Origin: an uncultured Gemmatimonadales bacterium
GTDB taxonomy: Bacteria > Gemmatimonadota > Gemmatimonadetes > Gemmatimonadales > GWC2-71-9
Direction of reading: 5' to 3'
DNA length: 64,000 nt
Assembly: GCA_963748815.1 (NCBI GenBank)
Contig: CAVVKJ010000010.1
Coordinates: forward strand, 768,001-832,000
Part shown: one piece after another, positions 10,839 through 22,082 of the stretch
Numbering within the stretch: position 1 is the stretch's first letter
Layout: each line of letters starts with the position of its first letter
The notes under the pieces: generated by a model
Told to the model about the DNA's origin: nothing
What the model saw: the letters and a program-made list of their open reading frames with translations, nothing else
The model's database searches: none
Translations under genes and position numbers: made by a program

Positions 10839-12083
10839 ATGCCCTACCGTGAAGCCCTCCGCCTCGCCCTCCAGTCGATCCTCGGCAGCAAGTTGCGGTC
10901 GTTTTTCACCCTGCTCGGGATCATCGTCTCGGTGGGCTTCCTGGTGGCGGTCGTGGCCATCATCCAGGGGATGAACGCGTACGTCAAGGAGAACATCACT
11001 GGCGCGGTCATCGGCACCAACGCCTTCCAGGTCCGCCGGACGCCGGTCTCGGTCGGCCTGATGGACGACGAAGAGGTCCGGGCCATCGCCAAGCGGCCAC
11101 TGGTCACCACCGATGACGCCGAGGTGGTACGGCGCGCCCTCCCGGACGCCGAGGCGGTCGCCTTCCAGTCGGGCTGGCCCACACCCACGAGCGACCTCAC
11201 CTACCGCAACCAGCGGATCGGCGACGTGCTGGTCTTCGGGATCACCCCGGCCTACCAGATCGTGCGCGACTACGTCTTCGCCGCCGGCCAGCCGATGACC
11301 GACCCCGACGTCGAGGGGCGGCGGATGGTGGCGATCGTGGGCTTCGACGTGGCCGACAAGCTGTTCGGCGACGCGCAGAAGGCGGTCGGCAAGTCGATTC
11401 GCATTGCCGGGCGGGAATTCACCATCAAGGGGGTCGTCGCCAAGAAGGGGAAGGTGCTGGGCCAGTCGTTCGACGGCTTCGCCCTGGTGCCCTATTCCAC
11501 CTTCGAGTCGATCTACGGGCGCCGCAAGACGACCGTGGTCTCGGTCAAGATGCGCGACGCGGAGGAGGTGGAGCCGGCCATGGCCCGCGCGCAGGAGGCC
11601 ATGCGGCTCGCCCACCGGCTCCGTCCCAACGAGCCCGACGACTTTACCGTCGACAAGGCCGATGCGCTCGTCGCCTTCTGGAAGAGCCTGACCCGGATTC
11701 TCTTCACCATCATTCCCGCCGTGGTCTGCATCGGCATCGTGGTGGGTGGCATCGTGATCATGAATATCATGCTGATGACGGTCAACGAGCGGACCCGCGA
11801 AATCGGCGTCCGGAAGTCCCTCGGCGCGACGCGCCGCGACATCCAGCGCCAGTTTCTCGTCGAAGCCGCCACCCTCTCCTTCTTTGGAGGCATCCTCGGC
11901 GTCGTCGCGGGGTGGTCGCTGGCTTACCTGGTGTCGTCGTTCACCCCGCTGCCCGCGCGCGTGACCCTCTGGTCGGTGTCGGTGGCCCTGACGCTTGGCG
12001 TCGGCACCGGCCTGCTGTTCGGCGTCTACCCCGCCTCCCGCGCCGCGAAACTCGACCCGATCACCGCCCTCCGCGCCGAGTGA
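10839..12083 (+). CDS. MacB/FtsX-type ABC permease 3
   Basis: Intact 414 aa; [52 protein letters not shown]. Confidence 0.93.
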   Translation: MPYREALRLALQSILGSKLRSFFTLLGIIVSVGFLVAVVAIIQGMNAYVKENITGAVIGTNAFQVRRTPVSVGLMDDEEVRAIAKRPLVTTDDAEVVRRALPDAEAVAFQSGWPTPTSDLTYRNQRIGDVLVFGITPAYQIVRDYVFAAGQPMTDPDVEGRRMVAIVGFDVADKLFGDAQKAVGKSIRIAGREFTIKGVVAKKGKVLGQSFDGFALVPYSTFESIYGRRKTTVVSVKMRDAEEVEPAMARAQEAMRLAHRLRPNEPDDFTVDKADALVAFWKSLTRILFTIIPAVVCIGIVVGGIVIMNIMLMTVNERTREIGVRKSLGATRRDIQRQFLVEAATLSFFGGILGVVAGWSLAYLVSSFTPLPARVTLWSVSVALTLGVGTGLLFGVYPASRAAKLDPITALRAE

Positions 12084-12087
12084 CACG

Positions 12088-13329
12088 ATGATTCCCCTGA
12101 ACCGGGTGGGCGAGGGCGTGGTGATGGCGCTGGACGCCATGCGGGCCAACAAGCTCCGGTCCGCGCTCACGGTGCTGGGCGTGATCATCGGCGTGGCCAC
12201 GGTGATGACGATGGCGTCGATCGTCCAGGGGGTGCGGTCGCAGATCTTCAACGCCATCGAGGTGGCCGGCCCGACGACGTTCTACGTGATGCGGTACTTT
12301 TCCCAGACGCCCCTCAACCCGGACAACCTCCCCTACGAAGTGCGCATCCGGCCGGTGCTCCGGGAGAGCGACGCCGAGGCGATCCGGCAGGTACCGGAAA
12401 TCCAGTATGCCGGGATGTGGATCCAGGTGTTCGCACGGGTGGAGTACCAGGGAACCCAGACCCAGATGATCACGGTCTGGGCCGCGGATGACCACTACAT
12501 GGAGCTCCAGGGGGGCACACTCCTCCGCGGCCGCTTCTTCACCCGCGCCGAACTGACCGGTGAGCAGGTGATGGTCATCGAGGACAAGACCGCCGACCAC
12601 CTCTTCGGCCGCCTCGACCCGATGGGACAGACCGTCCGGGTGAACGGGGTCCCCTTCCGGATCATCGGCGTCTACCTCAAACCGGACAATATCTTCGAGC
12701 CGCCCGGTCAGGAGACCGCGGGCATCATTCCCTACCGCGCGGCGAAGTACAACCTGCGGTACGACGAAACCAACACGCTCTGGATTTCGGTCAAGGGCCG
12801 CCCCGACGTGAGCGTGGCCAAGGCCCAGGACCTGGTGACGGTGGCCCTCCGGCGCGAGCGCAAGCTGCGGCCCGGCGTGCCGAACACCTTCGACCTGATC
12901 ACCCAGGACCAGATTCTGGACATCATGGGCAGCCTGACCACCGCCTTTTTCGGCGTCATGGTGGCGCTCTCCGGCGTGGCGTTGCTGGTCGGCGGCATCG
13001 GTGTGATGGCCATCATGATGGTCTCCGTGACCGATCGCACGCGGGAAATCGGCCTCCGGAAGGCGCTGGGGGCCACCCGGCGGGAAATCCTGCTGCAGTT
13101 CCTGGTCGAGGCCGCCACCCTGACGCTGGTGGGCGGGCTCCTCGGCATCGTGGTGGGCCTGGGACTCGGCGAGGTGCTGAAGCACGTCCTCAACCTGGAG
13201 TCCTCGGTGCCCCTCTGGAGCGCCATCCTGGCCACGGCCGTGTCGGTGGGCATCGGACTGGGGTTCGGGCTCTACCCGGCCAACCGGGCGGCCGCCATGG
13301 ACCCCATCGAGGCGCTGCGGCATGAATAG
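12088..13329 (+). CDS. MacB/FtsX-type ABC permease 4
   Basis: ATG 12088; NKLRSALTVLGVIIGV; VGGIGVMAIMMVSVTDRTREIGLRKALGA; MDPIEALRHE. Confidence 0.93.
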   Translation: MIPLNRVGEGVVMALDAMRANKLRSALTVLGVIIGVATVMTMASIVQGVRSQIFNAIEVAGPTTFYVMRYFSQTPLNPDNLPYEVRIRPVLRESDAEAIRQVPEIQYAGMWIQVFARVEYQGTQTQMITVWAADDHYMELQGGTLLRGRFFTRAELTGEQVMVIEDKTADHLFGRLDPMGQTVRVNGVPFRIIGVYLKPDNIFEPPGQETAGIIPYRAAKYNLRYDETNTLWISVKGRPDVSVAKAQDLVTVALRRERKLRPGVPNTFDLITQDQILDIMGSLTTAFFGVMVALSGVALLVGGIGVMAIMMVSVTDRTREIGLRKALGATRREILLQFLVEAATLTLVGGLLGIVVGLGLGEVLKHVLNLESSVPLWSAILATAVSVGIGLGFGLYPANRAAAMDPIEALRHE

Positions 13330-13380
13330 GCGGGGAGGCGGGAACGCGGGGAAGCGGGGAAGCGGAGAGGCTGGCGGCGG
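13330..13380. repeat. Degenerate GCGGGGAA octamer tandem repeat
   Basis: gcggggaggcgggaacgcggggaagcggggaagcggagag. Confidence 0.7.
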
Positions 13381-13395
13381 GCTAAATTGCTTCGC

Positions 13396-14112
13396 ATGAG
13401 CGTTGACATCCTGGCCATCGCGGCCCATCGCGACGACGTCGAACTGACCTGCGCCGGCACCCTGCTCCGCTCCATCGACCAGGGCCATTCGGCCGGCATT
13501 CTCGACCTGACCGCCGGCGAGAGCGGCACCCTGGGCAGCGCCGACCTCCGGGCCGCCGAAGCCGAGGCGGCGGCGAAGATTCTCGGGGTGGCGGAGCGCC
13601 GAAACGCCGGCCTCCCCGACGCCCACCTCCAGAATTCCGAGGAAGCACGCCGGGTGGTGGTCGCGGCCATCCGGCACTTCCGCCCCCGGATCGTGATCCT
13701 CCCCTTCCCCATCGGCCGCCATCCCGATCACCGGATCGCCGCCGAGCTGTCCCGCGACGCCTGCTTCCTGGCCGGCCTCGGCAAGTACGACGCGCCAGGG
13801 GAGCCGCACCGCCCACACAAGATCTTGTACGCGCTGAGCTATCGCGAGGATCCGGTCAAGCCGACCTTCGTGGTGGACATCAGCGCGCAATTCGAGCGCA
13901 AGCTCGCCGCCATCCGCTGCTACGCGAGCCAGTTCGACGGCGCCAAGGCCGCCGGCGAAATCTTTCCCACAGGGCAGGATCTCTACTCGCTGGTCGAGAC
14001 CCAGAACGCCCACTACGGCTCCCTCATCCGGACGCGCTACGGCGAGCCGTACTTCACCCAGGAAACGGTCCGCATCGACGACGTGGTCGCGCTCCACGTC
14101 GCCAGCATGTAG
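13396..14112 (+). CDS. bshB1: Bacillithiol biosynthesis deacetylase (PIG-L family)
   Basis: DILAIAAHRDDVELTCAGT, DLTAGESGTLG, RHPDH, YASQF, YGEPY motifs. Confidence 0.85.
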   Translation: MSVDILAIAAHRDDVELTCAGTLLRSIDQGHSAGILDLTAGESGTLGSADLRAAEAEAAAKILGVAERRNAGLPDAHLQNSEEARRVVVAAIRHFRPRIVILPFPIGRHPDHRIAAELSRDACFLAGLGKYDAPGEPHRPHKILYALSYREDPVKPTFVVDISAQFERKLAAIRCYASQFDGAKAAGEIFPTGQDLYSLVETQNAHYGSLIRTRYGEPYFTQETVRIDDVVALHVASM

Positions 14113-14126
14113 GTATCTTTCCGCCC

Positions 14127-15305
14127 ATGTCGCATCCCCCGGTCTACCTCGACCACGCCGCCACGACGCCCGTGCGCGCCGAGGTGCTCGAGGCGATGCT
14201 CCCCTACCTGGGGAGCGCCGCCTTCGGGAACCCCTCGAGTTCCCACCGTTTCGGGCGCACCGCGCGCGCCGGGATCGAGGAGGCGCGCCGCCAGGTGGCC
14301 GCGGCCGTCGGGGCCGAGCCGAGCCAGGTCATCTTCACCTCCGGCGGGACGGAGGCGGACAACCTGGCTGTCGTCGGCGCCTCGCTCGCGGCCGGGGCGG
14401 CCGGCCAGCCGATGCATGCAGCCGTATGCGCCACTGACCACAAGGCGGTGCTCGCGGCCGCCCATGCGGTGACGCGGCTCGGCGGCTCCGAGACCGTCCT
14501 CCCGGTGGACGGTCACGGGCTCCTCGACCTGGCCGCGCTCGACGCGGCGCTCGCCACGAAGCCGGCCGTCGTCTCGGTGATGTGGGTCAACAACGAGGTG
14601 GGCACGATCCAGCCGGTGGAGGAGATCGGCCGGCGGTGCCGCGCCGCCGGCGCGATGTTTCACACCGACGCGGTGCAGGCCTTCGGGCAGCTGCCCGTCT
14701 CGTGCGACGCGGCCGACGCCACGCTGCTCACGCTGTCGGGCCACAAGATCGGCGCGCCGAAGGGCGTTGGCGCGCTCATCGTGCGGAGCCGCGCCGCGGT
14801 GGAGGCCATCATTCACGGCGGGAGCCAGCAGTTCGGGCTCCGCCCCGGGACCGAGAATGTGCCCGGCTCGGTGGCGCTGGGGCGGGCCGCCGAGCTCGCC
14901 AGCGCCGAGCAGGCGGCCAAGGCCAGCCGCCTCGGCAAGCTCCGCGACGAGCTCGCCGCCCGGATTCGCGCCGCCATCCCCGACGCGATCTGGATCGCCG
15001 AGGCGGCGCCCCGCGCGCCGCACGTGCTGAGCGTGGCCATCCCCGGTGCGGACGCCGAGGCGATGCTCATGCACCTCGACCTGCAGGGGGTGGCGGCCTC
15101 GGGCGGCTCCGCGTGCAACACCGGCGCCGCCGAGCCGTCGCACGTGCTCACGGCGATGGCGGTGCCGCGCGAGCTGGCGCTCTGCACGGTGCGCTTCTCG
15201 ATGGGGCGGGAAACCACGCAGGCCGACGTCGATCGGGCGGCCGAGGTGCTGCCGACGGTGGTGGCCAAGGTGCGGAAGCTGGCGGGGGTGCTGGGTCGTG
15301 CCTGA
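14127..15305 (+). CDS. iscS: Cysteine desulfurase (IscS/NifS class)
   Basis: [48 protein letters not shown]. Confidence 0.93.
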   Translation: MSHPPVYLDHAATTPVRAEVLEAMLPYLGSAAFGNPSSSHRFGRTARAGIEEARRQVAAAVGAEPSQVIFTSGGTEADNLAVVGASLAAGAAGQPMHAAVCATDHKAVLAAAHAVTRLGGSETVLPVDGHGLLDLAALDAALATKPAVVSVMWVNNEVGTIQPVEEIGRRCRAAGAMFHTDAVQAFGQLPVSCDAADATLLTLSGHKIGAPKGVGALIVRSRAAVEAIIHGGSQQFGLRPGTENVPGSVALGRAAELASAEQAAKASRLGKLRDELAARIRAAIPDAIWIAEAAPRAPHVLSVAIPGADAEAMLMHLDLQGVAASGGSACNTGAAEPSHVLTAMAVPRELALCTVRFSMGRETTQADVDRAAEVLPTVVAKVRKLAGVLGRA

Positions 15306-16356
15306 GCGGGTGCTGGTGGCGATGTCGGGCGGCGTGGACAGCTCGGTGGCCGCGGCGCTGCTCGTCGAGCAGGGCTACGACGTCGTCGGCGCGACGATGA
15401 AGCTCTTCTGCTACGGTGACTCGGTGCCCGACCGCCCCTGCTGCTCGCTCGATTCCATCAACGACGCGCGCGACGTGGCCGCCACGCTCGGCATCCCGCA
15501 CTATGTGCTCAACCTCGAAGACCGCTTTTCGCTGCACGTCATCCAGAACTTCGTCTCGGAATACAGCCGGGGGCGGACGCCGATTCCGTGCGTGCGCTGC
15601 AACTCGTTCACCAAGTTTCGCGACCTCCTGGCCCACGCCGACGCCCTCGATTGCGCCTACATCGCGACCGGCCACTACGCCGTGGCGCGCGACGGGGCGC
15701 TCTACCGGGGCGAGGATGCCAACAAGGACCAGAGCTATTTCCTCTGGGGCATCGACCGGGCCGTGGTGGCGCGCATGCTGACGCCGGTGGGGAGTTCCAC
15801 GAAGGACGCGACCCGGGCGCTCGCCCGGCGCCTCGGGCTGGCCACCGCGGACAAGCCGGAGTCGGTGGAGATCTGCTTCGTGCCGGACGACGACTACGTC
15901 GGCGTGCTCGAGCAGCACCTGCCGGCCGACGCCCCCGCCCTCACCCCCGGCCCGCTGACCACCGTCACCGGCGAGGTCATCGGCGAGCATGAGGGGTTCG
16001 CCCGGTACACCGTCGGGCAGCGGCGCGGCCTGCCGGGGGGATTTGCCGAGCCGATGTACGTGGTGGCCATCCGGCCCGAGCGGCGGGAGGTCGTCATCGG
16101 CCCGGAGGAGGCGCTGGCCGGCCACCGGCTCACGCTGGACGAGGTGAACTGGCTGGCGCCGCCGCTCGCGGTGGGCGACCGCTGCGCCGTGCAGATCCGG
16201 TATCGCGCCCGCGCCATCCCGGCCACGGTCACCGCGCGAAGCGACGACGCGCTCTCGCTGCTCCTCGAGACGCCCGGACGCGCCATTTCGCCGGGGCAGT
16301 CGGGCGTGCTCTATGCCGCCGACGACCGCGTCCTCGGCGGGGGAGTGATTCAGTGA
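15298..16356 (+). CDS. mnmA: tRNA 2-thiouridylase
   Basis: [50 protein letters not shown]. Confidence 0.96.
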   Translation: MPERVLVAMSGGVDSSVAAALLVEQGYDVVGATMKLFCYGDSVPDRPCCSLDSINDARDVAATLGIPHYVLNLEDRFSLHVIQNFVSEYSRGRTPIPCVRCNSFTKFRDLLAHADALDCAYIATGHYAVARDGALYRGEDANKDQSYFLWGIDRAVVARMLTPVGSSTKDATRALARRLGLATADKPESVEICFVPDDDYVGVLEQHLPADAPALTPGPLTTVTGEVIGEHEGFARYTVGQRRGLPGGFAEPMYVVAIRPERREVVIGPEEALAGHRLTLDEVNWLAPPLAVGDRCAVQIRYRARAIPATVTARSDDALSLLLETPGRAISPGQSGVLYAADDRVLGGGVIQ

Positions 16357-18389
16357 ACCGGATCGCTCGACGGTTGGCCCTCGCGGCCGCCCTCGCGGTC
16401 GGCGCCAGCGACGTCCGCGCCCAGGCCGCCCAGGCGCCGATGACCATCGAGCAGTTCCTGGAAGTGCGCGCCGTCTCCGACCCCCAGCCCTCGCCGGACG
16501 GGCGGCTCCTGGCTTTCACCGTGTCCACGCCGTCGCTGGAGGAGGACCGCAACCGCAGCCGCATCTGGCTGGCGGACCTCGGTTCCGGCGAGACGTGGGA
16601 GGCGACGTCGGGCTCCGGGAGCGAGCGGTCGCCGCGGTGGTCGGCGGACGGGCGGACGCTGTCGTACATCTCCACCCGGGAGGGGGGCTCCCAGATCTGG
16701 CGCCTCCCGATTCGCGGCGGTGAACCGACGCGACTCTCCTTTGTGCCGGGCGGCATTTCCGAGTTCTGGGTATCGCCAGGCGGCAAGGCGATGTTCTACG
16801 TGAAGGATGTCGCCTGGCCGGCGCCCCAGGAGATCGACCGCCGGAACGGTCCCTACCCCACCGAGGCGAAGCTCTGGACGGACCTCTTCTATCGGCACTG
16901 GAACGAGTGGCGGGTGGGGTTGCGGCAGCACCTCTTCCGTCTCGAGCCGGGCGACTCCATCGGGACCGACATCACCACCTACGACCGGGACGTGCCGACG
17001 CTGGCCCTCGGCGGCGTCGGCGTGGCGCTGTCGCAGTTCGGCACCGAGGTGGCGGTGGTCTACAATCCCGACTCGTCGCTCGCCACCAGCACCAACAACG
17101 ACATCTTCGTGATGGGGCCCGACGGGAGCGGCCGGCAGGCCATCACGACCAATCCCGCGAACGACAACTCGCCGGCCTACTCTCCCGACAGCCGCTACGT
17201 GGCCTACCTGGCCATGACGGTGCCCGGGTTCGAGGCCGACCGGCAGCAGGTGATGATCTACGAGCGGGCCACCGGCCGCCGGCGGGCGCTGACCTCCGAG
17301 TGGATGTTGTCGGTGGACGCCATCACCTGGACGCCGGACTCGCGGGCGCTGATCGCCGAGGTGCCCGAGCGCGGCGGGGTGTCGCTGTATCGCATCGATG
17401 TGGCCAGCGGCCGGCGGTCGCTCCTCGTCTCGGGGGGGGTCAACCGCGCCGCGCGCGTTCCCCCGCGAGGCGATGACATGGTCTTCCTGCGGAGCACCGC
17501 CGAGCGCCCGGCTGAGGTCTGGGCGGCCAACTGGACCACCGGCGCCGGCCTCAGGCAGGTCACCGCGCTGAACGACGAATGGCGCAGCGGCGTGGCACTC
17601 ACCCCGCTGGAACCGTTCGGCTTCGTGGGCGCACTGGGCGACTCGGTCTTCGGCTGGCTCATGAAGCCCCCGGGCTTCGACCCGTCGAAACAATACCCGC
17701 TGGTCTACCTGATCCACGGCGGCCCGCAGTCGGCGTGGAGCGACGAGTGGCACCCGCGCTGGAACTACGCGATGTTCGCCGCGCGGGGCTACGTGGTGGC
17801 CGCCGTGAATTTTCACGGCAGCACGGGGTACGGGCAGGCGTTCACCAACAGCATCTCGCTGCACTGGGGCGACTACCCCTACGACGACCTGATGCAGGGC
17901 CTCGACGTGGTCTCGGCCTACCCGTGGGTGGACGGCAGCCGGGTGGGCGCGGCCGGCGCCTCGTACGGCGGGTACATGATCTACTGGATGGCGGGGCAGA
18001 CCAACCGCTTCCGCACCCTCGTGGCGCACGACGGGATCTTCAACCCGCTCAGCTTCACGGGATCCACCGAGGAGCTCTGGTTCCCCATCCACGAATTCGG
18101 CGGCACCCCGCTGATGCCCTCCGCCCGCGCCACGATGGAGAAGTGGTCGCCCGCCAATTATACGGCGCGGTGGCAGACGCCGATGCTGATCGTGCACGGT
18201 CAGGAGGACTACCGGGTGGACGTCTCCGAGGGATTCCAGGCGTACACGGCGCTGCGCCTCCGGGGCCTGCCGGGCAAGTTCCTCTACTTCCCGAACGAGG
18301 GGCATTTTGTCCTCCGTCCGAGGGACCGGCGCCTCTGGTGGGGAACGGTGCTCGACTGGCTGGATGCGTCGCTCCGCCCGACTCCGTAG
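16353..18389 (+). CDS. S9 family prolyl oligopeptidase / dipeptidyl aminopeptidase
   Basis: Signal peptide, PD40-type repeats (SPDGR), IHGGPQ, GASYGG nucleophile, [13 protein letters not shown]. Confidence 0.93.
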   Translation: MNRIARRLALAAALAVGASDVRAQAAQAPMTIEQFLEVRAVSDPQPSPDGRLLAFTVSTPSLEEDRNRSRIWLADLGSGETWEATSGSGSERSPRWSADGRTLSYISTREGGSQIWRLPIRGGEPTRLSFVPGGISEFWVSPGGKAMFYVKDVAWPAPQEIDRRNGPYPTEAKLWTDLFYRHWNEWRVGLRQHLFRLEPGDSIGTDITTYDRDVPTLALGGVGVALSQFGTEVAVVYNPDSSLATSTNNDIFVMGPDGSGRQAITTNPANDNSPAYSPDSRYVAYLAMTVPGFEADRQQVMIYERATGRRRALTSEWMLSVDAITWTPDSRALIAEVPERGGVSLYRIDVASGRRSLLVSGGVNRAARVPPRGDDMVFLRSTAERPAEVWAANWTTGAGLRQVTALNDEWRSGVALTPLEPFGFVGALGDSVFGWLMKPPGFDPSKQYPLVYLIHGGPQSAWSDEWHPRWNYAMFAARGYVVAAVNFHGSTGYGQAFTNSISLHWGDYPYDDLMQGLDVVSAYPWVDGSRVGAAGASYGGYMIYWMAGQTNRFRTLVAHDGIFNPLSFTGSTEELWFPIHEFGGTPLMPSARATMEKWSPANYTARWQTPMLIVHGQEDYRVDVSEGFQAYTALRLRGLPGKFLYFPNEGHFVLRPRDRRLWWGTVLDWLDASLRPTP

Positions 18390-18419
18390 CCCCGCCTCCC
18401 CGTTTCCTGCCGAGGACGC

Positions 18420-18797
18420 ATGAAATCCTTCCTGATCCGGTGGATGATCAACACCATCGCGCTCTCCGCGGCGGTCCAGGTCATCCCCGGCATTCACTTC
18501 ACCGATGGCCCGATCCAGCTGCTCGCGGTGGCGCTCGTCTTCGGCGTGGTCAACGCCGTCCTCCGCCCGATCCTCACGCTGCTGTCGTGCCCGCTGGTCC
18601 TGTTGACGCTGGGGCTCTTCACCCTCGTGATCAACGGTGTAATGCTGATGCTCACCGCCAGGCTGGCGGCCATCTGGGACCTGGGGTTCAGCGTCGAGGG
18701 TTTCTGGCCCGCCTTCTGGGGCGGCCTGGTGGTCGGACTCGTGAGCCTGGCGCTCGCGTTGCTGGTGAGTGGCGACCAGCGGCCGGGTCCGGGATGA
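18420..18797 (+). CDS. 4-TM 'phage holin superfamily IV' / YvlD-like membrane protein
   Basis: GVVNAVLRPILTLLSCPLVLLTLGLFTLVIN ... GFWPAFWGG. Confidence 0.85.
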   Translation: MKSFLIRWMINTIALSAAVQVIPGIHFTDGPIQLLAVALVFGVVNAVLRPILTLLSCPLVLLTLGLFTLVINGVMLMLTARLAAIWDLGFSVEGFWPAFWGGLVVGLVSLALALLVSGDQRPGPG

Positions 18798-18902
18798 CCC
18801 CGGATTTGCCTGCGGGGGCGCGGACGACTTAACACCTCGGGGAGGTCGTCGTCTATGGGGCGTAGTACCCATCCGACCCGACCAACCTGAGGAGCTCGAC
18901 TC

Positions 18903-19811
18903 ATGCGACTTCATACCACCGCGTTCCTGGTGGCCGCGGCCCTGGCCGCGACCGCCTGCAGCGACGAACCGACCGGCGGCTCCAGCGAGGAAGCCGCGGT
19001 CCAGCAGGCCTATCTCGACGTCGACGCCGGCTACTTCGACGAGAACCCCGGCGGAGACGACCTCTTCGCCACCCCCCTCCTCACGGCATCCTCGACGCTG
19101 TTCTCCGCGCCGGGCGACCCCTACGTCGCGCCGGAGCGCTGGGGCCGCCGCCGGGCCCAGGAGCTGCCGAGCCGCGACCGCACGGTCGTCATCGAGGGCG
19201 ATACCGCCCGGGTGTCGGTGGCGGTACGCTTCCGGGGCCGCTTCCTGGTGGACACGACGTTCGACGGCGTCGCGAATCCCGGCGCCAAGCGGATGCACGA
19301 GACGTTGCGACACCGCGCCGTGTTCGTCCGGGACGAGACCGCACCCCGCGGCTGGCGGCTGATCGCGATGACCATCGGCAACATCGTCGACACCGACCCT
19401 GCGAAGCGGACGGTGGAGATCACCGCCATGGCGGTCACAGTCAACGGGGAATCCGCCAGGGAAATCACCGACCCCAACCAGCTCGTCCGGGTAAATGGCG
19501 GCGTGCCCGAACTTCGGGTCGGCGACAGCGTCGAGGTGACCGTCCGGGTCCGAAACGCCACCGGGACCGACCTCGCGCCGCCGACGCAGCTCTTCCTCCA
19601 CGTGCGGCATCACCGGGCGGACCAGGATCGCTGGGCACGCATCCAGATGCGACCCAACGAGGACGGGAGCTGGAGCATCGGGTGGACAGTGCGGCGCGCA
19701 GGCATCGCCCGGATGGCGGTCGACGCGATCGATTCCGAGGCGCTGCAGACCCAGTCCGGAGACAATTACCGGGCGAACATCTGGGCCTTCCCGTATCGCG
19801 CCATTCCGTAG
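18903..19811 (+). CDS. Hypothetical lipoprotein
   Basis: Lipobox AALAATAC; GAGGAG RBS; followed by terminator. Confidence 0.75.
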   Translation: MRLHTTAFLVAAALAATACSDEPTGGSSEEAAVQQAYLDVDAGYFDENPGGDDLFATPLLTASSTLFSAPGDPYVAPERWGRRRAQELPSRDRTVVIEGDTARVSVAVRFRGRFLVDTTFDGVANPGAKRMHETLRHRAVFVRDETAPRGWRLIAMTIGNIVDTDPAKRTVEITAMAVTVNGESAREITDPNQLVRVNGGVPELRVGDSVEVTVRVRNATGTDLAPPTQLFLHVRHHRADQDRWARIQMRPNEDGSWSIGWTVRRAGIARMAVDAIDSEALQTQSGDNYRANIWAFPYRAIP

Positions 19812-19830
19812 ACCCGACTCCACACACGAC

Positions 19831-19876
19831 GAACGCCGGCCCGGGGACGCTTCCCCGGGCCGGCGTTCCTGTTTCT
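19831..19876 (+). terminator. Intrinsic terminator
   Basis: 17-bp perfect stem GAACGCCGGCCCGGGGA-cgct-TCCCCGGGCCGGCGTTC then CTGTTTCT. Confidence 0.75.
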
Positions 19877-19954
19877 AACGTCATTTATTGCAATATGTTA
19901 CACGTTCGTGACAGAGCTTCCGGAGACCGCTCCACGGCGGTACATTCCACGGCG

Positions 19955-22057
19955 ATGACCTCCCCGACCGCAATCCCAACGGGCGCCACGAAGCCCGATC
20001 TCCACCACGCCGGGCTCTATTTCAATCGGGAGCTCTCCTGGCTGGAGTTCAATCGGCGCGTCCTGCACGAGGCGCAGGATCGGCGGACGCCGCTGCTCGA
20101 GCGGCTCAAGTTCCTCGCGATCTTCGCGGGCAACCTCGACGAGTTCTTCCAGGTCCGCGTGGCCGGGCTTCGACGGCAGGTGGACGCCGGCTACAGCGAG
20201 CGCACGGCGGACGGCCTCACGCCGGATGAACAGTTGCGGACCATCGCCCGACAGGCCCGCGGCATGGTGGAAGCCCAGTACCGGTGCCTGCTCGAAGAGG
20301 TCGTCCCCGAACTCGCCCGGGCCGGCGTGCACCTGCTGCTGGATCTTGCCGAGGCGACGGCGGACGACCGCGTCCACCTGGAGGAGTACTTTCGCCGGAA
20401 CGTGTTCCCCGTCCTGACCCCGCTCGCGGTGGATCCGGCGCACCCCTTCCCGTACATCTCGAACCTGAGCATCTCGATCGCCGTCTTCCTCCGGGGGGCC
20501 GACGGCGAGGAGCGTTTTGCGCGGGTCAAGGTGCCGAAGATCCTGCCACGCTGGGTGGCGCTGCCGGGCACCCATCGGTACCTCCCGCTCGAACAACTGA
20601 TCGGCGCCCATCTCGAGGCGCTCTTCCCCGGCGTGGAGATCCTCAGCTGGCACTCCTTCCGGATCACCCGGAACACCGACCTCCAGATCGACCACGACGA
20701 GGCGGAGGACCTGCTGAGCCTGATCCAGGAGGAGGTCCGGAACCGGCGGTTCGCGGAGGTGTCTCGCCTGGAAGTCGGCGTCGGCACGCCGGTGGCGTTG
20801 CGCCAGCTGCTGCTGGCTGAATTCAACGCGTCGCAGGAGGAGGGGATCGACCTCACCCTCGAGGACGTCTACGAGGTGCCGGGGCTGCTGGACTGCACCG
20901 ACCTGATGACGCTGGCCACACTCGACCTGCCGGAGTTGCGGGATCCGCCGTTCCTCCCCGTCACGCCCCCGCGCCTCGCGTCGGGCCGGAGCGTCTTTGA
21001 CGTGATCCGGGAAGGCGACCTCCTGCTGCACCACCCGTACGACAGCTTCCAGACCTCGGTGGAGCGCTTTCTCCAGCAGGCGACCGACGACCCGGACGTG
21101 CTGGCCATCAAGCTGACACTCTACCGGACCGGCGGCGACTCGAGCATTGCGCGCCTCCTGGCGCACGCCGCCGAGCGGGGCAAGCAGGTGGCGGTGCTGA
21201 TCGAGCTCCAGGCCCGGTTCGACGAGGAGAGCAACATCATCTGGGCGCAGCGGCTCGAGGACGTCGGCGTGCACGTCAGCTACGGGGTCTCGGGGCTCAA
21301 GACCCACACCAAGATCATGCTCGTGGTCCGCCGCGAGGGGAACGAAATCCGGCGCTACGTGCACATCGGCACCGGGAACTACAATCCCCGCACCGCCCGG
21401 CTCTACACCGATTTCGGCCTCTTCTCGAGCGACCCCGCCCTGGGCGAGGACCTGACCGACCTCTTCAACGAACTCACCGGGTTCGGGGTGACGGAGCGGT
21501 TCCGCAAACTGCTCGTGGCACCGCGCACGATGCGGGAGCGGTTCGTGGAGATGATCCGCCGCGAGTGCGAGCACGCCGGCGCGGGCCGGCCCGCGCGCAT
21601 CGTGGCCAAGATGAACGCCCTGGTCGACCCGGGGATGATCCACGAGCTCTACGAGGCGTCGCGGGCGGGGGTGCAGGTGCACCTCATCGTACGCGGCATC
21701 TGCTGCCTGCGGCCCGGCGTGCCCGGCGTGAGCGACAACATCCGGGTCGTGAGCATCGTCGGACGGTTCCTCGAGCACAGCCGCGCGTTCTGGTTCCAGA
21801 ATGGCGGGGCGGACGAGGTGTACATCGGCTCGGCCGACTGGATGCCGCGCAACCTCGACCGGCGGGTGGAGGCCGTGGCGCCGATCGAGGATCCGCACCA
21901 CCGGCGGGCGATGCGCGACGTGCTCGAATTGATGTGGGAAGACAATCGCCAGGCGTGGGATCTCCTGCCCGACGGCACCTACGTGCAGCGCCAGCCGCCC
22001 TCCCCGGACGAAGAGCGGGCCACGCACAAGCGACTGCTGGAGCAGGCTGCGCGGTGA
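19955..22057 (+). CDS. ppk1: Polyphosphate kinase 1
   Basis: YFNRELSWLEFNRRVL, HPFPYISNLS, LLHHPYDSF, KTHTK, GTGNYN, SADWMPRNLDRRVE. Confidence 0.97.
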   Translation: MTSPTAIPTGATKPDLHHAGLYFNRELSWLEFNRRVLHEAQDRRTPLLERLKFLAIFAGNLDEFFQVRVAGLRRQVDAGYSERTADGLTPDEQLRTIARQARGMVEAQYRCLLEEVVPELARAGVHLLLDLAEATADDRVHLEEYFRRNVFPVLTPLAVDPAHPFPYISNLSISIAVFLRGADGEERFARVKVPKILPRWVALPGTHRYLPLEQLIGAHLEALFPGVEILSWHSFRITRNTDLQIDHDEAEDLLSLIQEEVRNRRFAEVSRLEVGVGTPVALRQLLLAEFNASQEEGIDLTLEDVYEVPGLLDCTDLMTLATLDLPELRDPPFLPVTPPRLASGRSVFDVIREGDLLLHHPYDSFQTSVERFLQQATDDPDVLAIKLTLYRTGGDSSIARLLAHAAERGKQVAVLIELQARFDEESNIIWAQRLEDVGVHVSYGVSGLKTHTKIMLVVRREGNEIRRYVHIGTGNYNPRTARLYTDFGLFSSDPALGEDLTDLFNELTGFGVTERFRKLLVAPRTMRERFVEMIRRECEHAGAGRPARIVAKMNALVDPGMIHELYEASRAGVQVHLIVRGICCLRPGVPGVSDNIRVVSIVGRFLEHSRAFWFQNGGADEVYIGSADWMPRNLDRRVEAVAPIEDPHHRRAMRDVLELMWEDNRQAWDLLPDGTYVQRQPPSPDEERATHKRLLEQAAR

Positions 22058-22082
22058 GAGCGCAGGACCGAGGACTGAGGAC

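Noticed and set aside
18420..18797. 'Phage holin' as evidence of a prophage
   Set aside because: YvlD-like family is common in chromosomes; no phage genes nearby
16350..19823. 1157-aa minus-strand ORF and the many other long antisense ORFs
   Set aside because: Shadow frames of well-supported genes in high-GC DNA; Arg/Gly/Pro-rich with no motifs
19873..19905. AT-rich TATTGCAATA palindrome / IHF-like site upstream of ppk1 as a Pho box
   Set aside because: No 11-bp-spaced CTGTCAT direct repeat; too short to assign
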